DNA from: Octopus vulgaris
Taxonomy: Eukaryota
Length of the DNA stretch: 64,000 nt
Reading direction: 5' to 3'
Assembly: GCA_951406725.2 (NCBI GenBank)
Contig: OX597825.1
Coordinates: 60,512,001 to 60,576,000 of the forward strand
Shown: positions 54,300 through 64,000 of the stretch, in pieces
Numbering within the stretch: the first letter of the stretch is position 1
Layout: every line of letters starts with the position of its first letter
Made by a program: the position numbers and the translations under genes
The notes under the pieces: generated by a model
The model's input: the letters and a program-made list of their open reading frames with translations, nothing else
Databases searched by the model: none
What the model was told of the DNA's origin: nothing

Positions 54300-57111
54300 T
54301 ATATATATATATACCATATGTTATGTGTAGTCAAATCACTACAATGAAATAATGAAATGGGTGCAAAATTTAAGCTATATCACTACAATGAAATTTCTCG
54401 ATTATATTTTGCTAACCTTTTAATATAGACGTTCTGTAAATGAGGCAGCAAGCGTGCATTTTGTGTTCGGCGGAAGATGTTCGATGAGGAACAGAACCTC
54501 TTCTTTCTTTTGCAGATGATAAATGTGCTGCATATCAGCGAAAAATATTTTATCTTTAAGTCCAAGCATCAGTTGTGGATCCTCATCGAAGGTTAGATCA
54601 AATGTGAACATAATCATGCCATTAAGTAGTTGTTAAGGTCAAACGAAAAATATTTCAAATTCATATGTTAATGAGATGGATATTTTATTTCAAGCATTTT
54701 AAAGAGTTTTTCATCAACTGCTGTTGTGATGGATCTAGTTTTCATAGGTTATCCGAACTTTCACAGACGTGAAAAGGGAGAGGCTGTGAAACGAAGGTTT
54801 CAAATTAATTCATATTCTACCGACCAATTTATTTCTGTTTTTTAAGAACCTTATTTGTACTGTTATAAATCTAAAATTAATTATTATCTGCCAAGTAGTA
54901 ATTATCATAATAATTACCACGTCCAAAAAACAGACTCTGCAATCTCTTTTTTATTGATGTTCGAATTATTGCCCATCAAAATGTTTAACTCATTCGTCAG
55001 GACGTCAACGAGGCATTTTATAAAGTGTTCATAATTACATTAAATGAAGTAAAATGAAAGCGAACGCAGTGAACTGTGACGAATATTGAAATGATCTTCT
55101 ACGCTACGGAATGGTCTGCAAAATCTTGACTGTTTGCACGTGCTTATCAGAAAATCTCATTAAGACTCCACACAATGCTACACTCAGCAAATGCGAATCA
55201 ATTTGCCTGTGATTGCCTGTGTTTCTAAAGGCACACGAATCAAATTGGAGTTAAAGTAACAAAATACGTTTGAAAAATAAAAGAAGTTTATGATATTTGT
55301 TATAGTTTCAACCTGGTCCTTGCAGGTCCTTGTTTATATGAGAGACAGATATGGGTAAACTTCATCTTGAACACCTCCTATTCCACATCTGTATGACAAA
55401 AGCTATGTGAAGATGGGGTAGTCCAAAAGCTTGGTGTGCTGTTGTAGGACAACCAGACATGGTTTTCAAGTGTGTGTCGCGGAAGGTCTAGCTGGAGGCC
55501 CAAACTTCTGAGTTCGTTTACAGGGATTAGAAAAACTGAAAGCCCGCTGAAATAAGTGTGTCTCTGAGGGGAGAATATCTGGAATAAAATCATAATTAAC
55601 AGATGATCCTCCTGTCTCTCTACTATCCAAAACCAGGAAAATTTTCAGCACTCCCACGTAGTCATTTATGCAACTGATTGGTCTACATATTGTTAACTGT
55701 TACCTCATAATGCAGACACGATATGGGTGGAAAAATCTTGCGATATGAACGAGTTGAGTGAGTAAGAGCTACAAAAGCAATCAGTTCGGGGAGCAACAGG
55801 TACTGTGGTAACCGTACAAAAGGTGGGAACGTGATAATAAACAACATGCAACACTCACTATTCTATGATATCATATTTCCTTGCCAATTACCTCCCTTTC
55901 ATATTCCTACACATGTAGCTACATGTATTGTGCTTAATAAAATTCTAGCAAACGAAATTCCACTCTCCATGATACGTACTCTAAATGGAATGGATGCCGC
56001 TGCTTCTTAAGCACACGAAAGTATAACGTTCGTTTATATTTGACATTTTCTTTGCTCTATATTTTCCATAACTATGTGTGTGCGTGTGCTAGTGGATATG
56101 TACGTATATAGATATGTGTGTATGTATATATATGTCTGTATTTGTTAGAGGTTAAGCAACAATCTAAGGGATAATAAATATCCAATATACTACTGGAAGT
56201 ATACTTACGTATGTATATCCAAGTGCTTACTATTACAGGGCAGTATCACAATTGAATACTAGGTATGAGCGGGGGTAAAAACAGAAATTTGCCCAGAATT
56301 TATAAGGCAAATAAGAAAATAGAGAGGATAATCAATCGACAAACACCAGCCTGTAGACATTCATTTATATCTATTTATTAATTGATTACAATTATATGTA
56401 TAAGTAATCAAAATAAACAAATGATATAAGCAAATAAACAAGTAAATACATAAATAAAAATAAATAAATGAATAAGAATAAATGAGTTATGAAATACTAA
56501 ATTGTTACAGCTGTTTCTATTATGGGGTTGCCAATTCTGCCAAGTTTTCCACATCATGCCAGTAATATACAGGGATTTTACAAAGGTTGAACAAACATTG
56601 GACAGGGGTTGGACGAAGCCTGAACCCCCAAAGCTTCATCAAAGAGATTATACTGTTAGGAATCTAACATGTGAGAAAGTAAGGTAAAATAATAAAATAA
56701 AGCAAGAATTAAATAATTACATAATAGAAATGGTAAGGAATGGTAAAAATGTCAATTCCAAGGTGATATCCATAATCCAAGAGTAATTTCCACAGGTTAT
56801 GAGAGTTACATCCTATTTCAATTTCACTGGAGGAGTAGCGAGGGTAAGACGTTGTAGAATGAGTTTAATGGGTCCTTTGCTTTCTTCTTTCTTATTTGTG
56901 TGTCTCTCCTTACTAACGGTCAGCTATTTTGTATTTTGTATTCCTATTGTATGTGTCTGCATTTGCGCATGCGTATACCTCTATGTGTGTCTATGTTTAG
57001 TTACTGTGTGTGTGAGTGGAAGTGCCTGTAATATTTGTATCTCCTGTTTATTCACGTTCGTGTAATTTGTTTTTGTTTATTTTTATTTTGTTGATGTGTT
57101 TACATCTACTG

Positions 57112-57188
<77 letters not shown>

Positions 57189-57206
57189 ATGGATAGAGAC
57201 GCATTA

Positions 57207-57240
<34 letters not shown>

Positions 57241-57258
57241 ATGGATAGAGACGCATTA

Positions 57259-57305
<47 letters not shown>

Positions 57306-57318
57306 GTTCTTATTATTA
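57112..57318. repeat. (ATT)n microsatellite containing a duplicated aaatggatagagacgcattatc insert
   Basis: The insert occurs at ~57187 and ~57239. Confidence 0.9.
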
Positions 57319-57320
57319 TA

Positions 57321-58295
57321 AAATATATCAAAAAGGATTTCGAATCGCTCGTTGAATTAGGAAATTTATAAACAGAATGTGTAACATTAAATAAAGCAGG
57401 ATATAAGCAAAAATTAAAATACTATGGACCAAAGGATAACTCTAATAATAGGAACGACAAGCATGAAGTAAGATACTAACAAAAATTAAGATATTATGAA
57501 CTAAATGTAAATTCTAATAAGAAGAACTGTACACAAAACGCTATTCACAATAATAAAATTAAATAGAGGAAAATATACATAAAGAAAGTATGATTACAGA
57601 CGGAGTTGGGTATAAAATAGATGAGAATAATATAAGAATAAACATCAAGTAACCATTAAAAGGCGTAAATAAACTAAAATATATAACGAGGATAGTAACA
57701 TGAAGGAACTAATAAAATTTTAAAATAATAAAATAGAAAGAAGGCCAAAATCAAAACACTATAATAATGAAAATTGTGACTACTTAAATTATAAATCTAA
57801 ACAGGATAAAAAATAACAAAAAGGTAGTAATTGAGAACCTAAATGATATTATGCATAATAATTTTGTAAAACGTAACACACCGTGTACAAAAGTAATTAA
57901 CACCCAAAAAAAATATTCTGAAGGAATTACAATGAAAATAATATAGCATGGTTCATAAAACCATTTTCCAACAAATTAGAATCAATATAGTGAAATAACT
58001 TTACAAAGCGGTAACCAAACACTTTTCAAAAGAAAACAAATATCAGAAAATAATAAACTCAGAGCGGGTTTCTGCGTTTCAAAAATGATTGCTCAAATTA
58101 TATCTGGACTAAATACTAAAAAATTAAATGATTTCTCTAATAATAAGAGTAAGGAAAATGCAAAGGATTTACTTAGCGGCCAAAATGACGAAGACCATAA
58201 ACATAGTAAGAAATACACCACAAATGAAGGAAGGGAAGTAACCCTTAATGTTTTCCCACTAAGATCGAAAAATGTAAACTTGTAGCCTATAAAAA
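57321..58295 (+). mobile_element. Degenerate PLE RT-thumb/linker fragment with an Asn/Lys-rich insertion
   Basis: NISKRISNRS...EIY...LNKAGYKQKLKY (~57322-57422). NIAWFIKPFSNK..INIVK*LYKAVTKHFSKENKYQKIIN...IAQIISGLNTKKL (~57940-58127) matches the PLE WFNPPF..N..K.F..HF linker. Confidence 0.75.
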
Positions 58296-58297
58296 GG

Positions 58298-58298
<1 letters not shown>

Positions 58299-58382
<84 letters not shown>

Positions 58383-58399
58383 TAACAACAACAACAACA
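58299..58399. repeat. (AAT)n/(AAC)n microsatellite
   Basis: Direct inspection. Confidence 0.95.
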
Positions 58400-58488
58400 C
58401 TTATTATAAAATCACTAATGCAAATACTGCACGGAATTTTGTCAGCGACGAAAATATCTTAGAAAATTAAATTTAGATTATATATATA

Positions 58489-58824
58489 GAGGGTGATTCA
58501 AAAGTCACTATACGTAGGAACAATTTATTTTTTTTATAAGAACAGGTTCTATATGGTTATCATTATTTTGAATACACATTGCAATACGTTTACCCCAGTC
58601 ATTGTGAACTCGTAATAGCATATCTGGTGTTACGTGTGCAAAGGAGTTGGTGATGCGTTCCTTCAAATGATTTATGTCTTATCTTTTCGCGATACACCAT
58701 GCCATTCAAATGCCCACAAAGATAGAAATCAAGAGCGGTTAGATCAGGGGATTTAGGGGATCTTATAAACTGTCTCTTATAAAAAAATATATTTCCCATG
58801 TAGGGAGAATTTTGAATCTCCCTG
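58489..58824 (-). mobile_element. Non-autonomous Tc1/mariner deletion derivative (WPPRSPDLTPLDF-type)
   Basis: TIRs gagggtgattcaaaa / ttttgaatctccctg flanked by TA; remnant SPKSPDLTALDFYLCGHLNGMVY. Confidence 0.82.
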
Positions 58825-58866
58825 TATATATATGTATGTGTGTGTGTATGTGTGTGTGTGTGTGTG

Positions 58867-59299
58867 TAAAATATGAATTAGAGATAAAACCACCATCAGG
58901 CAACTCAAACAGTGATAGACATAAACCAATACATAAATAACAAATAATATAAATATAATTAATATAATATATAATATATATATAAATTTTTTTCCAAAAT
59001 GTATAAAAAGAATGATAAATATAATATAATAAGTAAAATCACTATCTACGTTTCATGGCCATAATTAAATACAAATTTAAACTTAATTGTAATTCAAATT
59101 TAATTATAGCCATGAAACGTACGTAGTGTTTTTACTTATATTATATTTATCATTCTTTTTATACTTTCTGGAAAAAATATTTATATATATATTATATATT
59201 ATATAAACTATATTTATATTATTTGTTATTTATGTATTAGTTTCTGTCTATCACTGTTTGAGTTGCCTAATAGTGATTTTATCTCTAATTCATATTTTA
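58867..59299. repeat. ~430-bp imperfect palindrome with the HHR 3' half on each arm
   Basis: taaaatatgaattagagataaaac... pairs with ...ttttatctctaattcatatttta. GAAACGTACGTA at 59114-59125. One arm is related to 8496-8570. Confidence 0.88.
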
Positions 59300-59370
59300 T
59301 ATATCTATACTGTGGAATTTGATTTAATGCTAAATCTAATTTTTCCCTGTAAGTTTGGAGCTACACTCCC

Positions 59371-59441
<71 letters not shown>

Positions 59442-60261
59442 ATGCCTATAAAAACAATTTTTCGCGGACAAATCACTCAGCATCATAGATTTCAGTCTTG
59501 TATTTACACGAATGCGGCACAGAGATGGTTATTTTAAGATACACCTGTTCCACAGGCGCATACCGGTAAGCTTTCTGTACCATTAGTCAATGTTCTTTGT
59601 ATATCGTGGAGGACAAATTTTCGTTTATATATGTGATATGCAGCTAACCCTCATTCACAAAACTGAAAATCATTGAAACGAGTCTGGAAAACTTGAGAGT
59701 TACTGCTGAGACGATATGCGCACCATTCCAGTGTATACTGTGCTTTTTAACACAGCATGTCTCTCTCATATATATGTATGTGTGTACGTTTCGTTGTACC
59801 ATATTTAATGCATAGACAACATTTGAATGCGTGTTGCTGTGGTTTTTGCATGTGAGAAAAACTCTCCATAAACATATAGAAAAGCATGATGCTGAATGAT
59901 TTGTCGAGGGAAAATCTTTTCATAGACATGTTGATTCAAAGAAAAATGAACATACAACGTGTAATTTAAAAGTGCATCAAGAATGGTACACAGATGGTTG
60001 TTTCAATATAATTGCTTCCATTGAGCTCACTCGTGTAACAGTTTGTATATGCGTCTCTATGTGCGTGTATGTTTCTGTGTATCTTGTTTGCGCGTGCGTG
60101 CGTCCCTCCGTCTCTGCATTTGTGTATCTCTCTCTCTATCCCTATCTATCTATCTATCTATCTATCAATCTATTAATTTACTTATCTGTCTGTCTTTCCA
60201 TGTATTTATCTATCTTATCTATCCATTTATCTATCTTTCTATCTTTCTCTATATACATATA

Positions 60262-60308
<47 letters not shown>

Positions 60309-60418
60309 TGAGAGAGAGAGAGGGGTACAACCCCACACATTCACACACATACACACATACGTATAGATATACATGCATAATATTCTTTCATTTATATATT
60401 TATAAATACATATACGTG

Positions 60419-60459
<41 letters not shown>

Positions 60460-60839
60460 ACATATATATATGTGTAAAGAGAAGCAGAGATAGAGAAAGA
60501 CAGAAAGAGGGATGGGCAAAAAGTTATATGCTGTTATAAACTAGAATATGTCAAATCTAATGCCACAGTCACTACATCTAATTAATTCTGAAATTATGGC
60601 TACCATGTCATGACTTGTCAGAAAGAAAGAAAAATAAATATTTCGTTTCCATGAATAACCCTTACCTATAAGGGTGCAAGAAATCTGCTATTCTGTGTGC
60701 ATAACAGGAATATATTATGACATTTCCTACGTAAATATGTATCAAATTCTTCGAACTCTCTACACCTCTTCATTTCTTTACCTGTATTCTATCTCATTCG
60801 ATTTGTCTCAATAAATCATATTAAGAGAAGCGCGTTCCA

Positions 60840-60859
60840 TACTACTACTACTGCTACTG

Positions 60860-60914
<55 letters not shown>

Positions 60915-60942
60915 CACCACCACCACCACCACCACCACCACC

Positions 60943-61005
<63 letters not shown>

Positions 61006-61030
61006 GCTGTTGCTGTTGCTGCTGCTGCTT
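60840..61030. repeat. Compound (CTA)n(CCA)n(CTA)n(CTG)n microsatellite
   Basis: Direct inspection. Confidence 0.95.
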
Positions 61031-61205
61031 TTACTACTCCCTCTGCGACTAACGCTGGCCATTTTGCTGCTGTTGCTGTTACTGCACTTCGTTTTCAAAG
61101 ATCTTGCCCTTCGTGATCATTTAACAGTATTAGTCTTATAAAACAGGCGCACATGATATCGACAAACTATATAAACACAAGGAAGTGCTCTCCTTCCTGT
61201 TAATA

Positions 61206-61781
61206 TTGATTTGTCCGGAAAGTTCGTGCCGATTTATTGTAGCTTAATTTGCGACTTATTTTAGAACATGGTCGAGTCCATAAAATAGGATTTGACTACA
61301 TCTCCATTTAGAGCACAGTTTAAGCTATCTTTTCGTGGAAGAAGGTTTATGTTCCTATAACCTGTGTTAATTCTGTAACCCTTTTGAAAATGGAAGATAA
61401 AAAAGTTCATTTTCGGCACTTGATGCTTTGGGAACCAGGAAAAAATTGCTGCAACTCGGCTGGGATGTGTTACCCTACCCTCCATATTCACCAGATATTG
61501 CTCCTTCGGATTTCCACTTATTCAAGTCTATGCGGAATAGTCTTAATGTTAAAAATTTCAATTCCTTGGATGACGTAAAAAGATTCTTTGATGAATATTT
61601 ATATTTGCATTATATAAATATATATACCCCTGGGAAGGGGGTATTTTCGAGTTTAAGGAAAAATAGAGACGCATTGTGCAATAAAATGGTTCATATTTGG
61701 TTGATTAAAAATGTAATGGCAAGTATTTATTGAACCTTTTCTTTCCTTTAAAAATCGGCACGAACTTTCCGGACAACCCAA
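61206..61781 (+). mobile_element. Mariner internal-deletion derivative, mellifera-subfamily-like
   Basis: TIRs ttg(at)ttgtccggaaagttcgtgccgattt / aaatcggcacgaactttccggacaacccaa with TA TSD. MEDKKVHFRHLMLWE is joined out of frame to TRKKLLQLGWDVLPYPPYSPDIAPSDFHLF. Confidence 0.92.
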
Positions 61782-62636
61782 TATATATATATATCAGTGC
61801 TTTAATAACTGCGCGGGCGATAAACAATTTAACAAATGAAATCATACGCTACAATACAATATATACTAACCAACACATACTTTACGCTAGTATAAAGTAA
61901 TATATGTCAATGCATAAGTACAGATAAAATTTACAAATAACATACAAATACTTACATACATACATACATACACACACATACATACATACATACATACATA
62001 CATACATACATACATACATACATACATACATACATACATACATGCAAAGCCAAATTGCTTTGCACGACACAATGCAAATGGCGCATGAACCGTCTGCTTG
62101 TATGCCAAAACGTTTCATACCACTACAAGCTGTCCCCGAACTTGCAAAACACAGACTTTAAAAGATCGTTGAAGCACACGCGCGTGCATTATTTTCGTTC
62201 ATAATCGACATGCAGTATGACTGAAGGGTCCTAGAGTCATTGTATTTTCCAGCTGAGCTTTGAATTTTATTTTCCTATTTGCGTCAAAAACTTATGTATA
62301 TAATAGTACATTTCGGGTAGTGTTATTTTTTATTCATGTCCTTTAAATCAACGTTCTTTTCTCTGATATCCTTCTTCAGTAGCATAGGTTCTTTTTGAAA
62401 TTATTACCTTTCCACATTCATAAATATAATATAAGAAGAAAAGGTAATCAAACATGCAGATACACTTAACATTAACAACACATTTTGTAGAACGATCTGT
62501 GTGATTGCTTTCTATATTTCCCAACAAACTCAAAATGTTTCGTCTTATGAAAAAGGATACAGTGCTGAAGCTCTAGTTTCTCTAATAATCCCGCTATCGA
62601 AATCTCACCTTCTATGTTAATATAAAACGATAAACG

Positions 62637-62929
62637 TCGCCCTTTTCAAGCCTAGCCAGACTTATGGGCCCGGTTTTCCGGTTTCTGTGTTCTCCCCAGC
62701 TGGACGGGACGCCAGTCCATCGCAGCGCTACTCAAGAAACAGGAAAAGAGAGAGAAAGTTGTGGCGAAAGAGTACAACAGGGGTCACCACCACCCCTTGC
62801 CGGAGCCACGTGGAGCTTTTTTTTAGATATTTTCGCTCAATAAACACACACAAAGCCCGGTCTGGGATCGAAACCTCAATCCTCCGACCGTGTGTCCGCT
62901 GCCCTAACCACTGGACTATTGTGCTTCCA
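62637..62929 (-). mobile_element. tRNA-derived SINE with family D head/body and family B tail
   Basis: 62745-62929 matches 20974-21150; 62637-62733 is the reverse complement of 4868-4969. Confidence 0.8.
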
Positions 62930-62967
62930 CTCTATGTTAATATACAAATTATTATATATTATTTATA

Positions 62968-63378
62968 GGCGCAGGAGTGGCTGTGTGGTAAGTAGCTTGC
63001 TAACCAACCACATGGTTCCGGGTTCAGTCCCACTGCGTGGCATCTTGGGCAAGTGTCTTCTACTATAGCCTCAGGCCGACCAATGCCTTGTGAGTGGATT
63101 TGGTAGACGGAAACTGAAAGAAGCCTGTCGTATATATGTATATATATATAAGTGTGTGTGTATATGTTTGTGTGTCTGTGTTTGTCCCCCTAGCATTGTT
63201 AATGTTGACAACCGATGCTGGTGTGTTTACGTCCCCGTCACTTAGCGGTTCGGCAAAAGAGACCGATAGAATAAGTACTGGGCTTACAAAGAATAAGTCG
63301 ATTTGCTCGACTAAAGGCGGTGCTCCAACATGGCCGCAGTCAAATGACTGAAACAAGTAAAAGAGTAAAGAGTAAAGA
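62968..63378 (+). mobile_element. SINE family A, full length
   Basis: ggcgcaggagtggctgtgtggtaag...ggttccgggttcagtccc...gaaacaagtaaaagagtaaagagt. Confidence 0.93.
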
Positions 63379-64000
63379 GATATAACATGATATTGCAGGG
63401 ATTTTTTTTTCTTTAAAGTTCAAAAGTTGTTACAAAAAGTCTCCACGGCATACCACTGCTGATATGTATGCCATAGATTCACTTATTCTTGTGTTCTGTG
63501 CGTTTACACGTCGCTTCAACGAACGAAAAATGCTTCATTTTCTTGGTTTTTTTACAAAGCAATTCATCTGCTTATTCTTAACCAAACCATATTATCGACT
63601 CCTATAAATCTACTTCCCGAGTAATGTTGTTGCCTTTGTTCAATGGATGCCGTATTTTCAAACATTGCTAGTGTCATAATTTTTTTCTCATATTCTAGTA
63701 TTGTCCCAAATATACCATATTGTATTTTTATTCTGAACTACATATACTTCCCACAATATCTGAAATGATTAATGAAAATAACTATGTTCTCCACATATAA
63801 CACATTGTGTCTGCGACTTTATATTTGCAGTGAGTTGCATATTCTCCCAGTAGATTTTTCTGGTAGGTAGCTCATGTTACTTGAATGGCCCATACAAGAT
63901 TTGTGTATACAAAGAAAACACTATCAATGCGAGTAATCGATGATTGTTTGAAATAACTGGCTTAACTCTTATTCAAATAATCAATAATTTTATTTTTACC

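Noticed and set aside
60808-61098. Poly-Ser/Gly 96-aa ORF
   Set aside because: Compound trinucleotide microsatellite with no flanking coding signal.

Overview
Eukaryotic, AT-rich, repeat-saturated non-coding DNA. The tRNA-headed SINE families and dense (TA)n/(TATG)n/(CTAT)n tracts look like octopus (cephalopod) genomic DNA, which is inference from recalled repeat sequences. I find no credible intact host gene; almost all listed ORFs are microsatellite or SINE read-throughs. Recognisable content: Penelope-like retroelement (PLE) fragments (RT thumb, GIY-YIG), RTE, R4/Dong-like and CR1-group LINE fragments, several Tc1/mariner relics and MITEs, a hAT-like MITE, a non-autonomous Helitron and about 20 SINE copies. 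The main signal is a dense set of sequence-unrelated type I hammerhead ribozyme (HHR) motifs, with CUGANGA...GAAA...GUH cores and mostly palindromic helix III. Four are intact or near-intact (1111, 24916, 30868 and 41526, the last on both strands) and several more are degenerate or half motifs. Most sit inside fold-back or palindromic units, often embedded in (TA)n tracts, consistent with inverted PLE pseudo-LTRs or non-autonomous ribozyme-bearing retroelements that target microsatellites. There is also an apparently identical 389-bp local duplication. All motifs, translations and pairings were read by eye.
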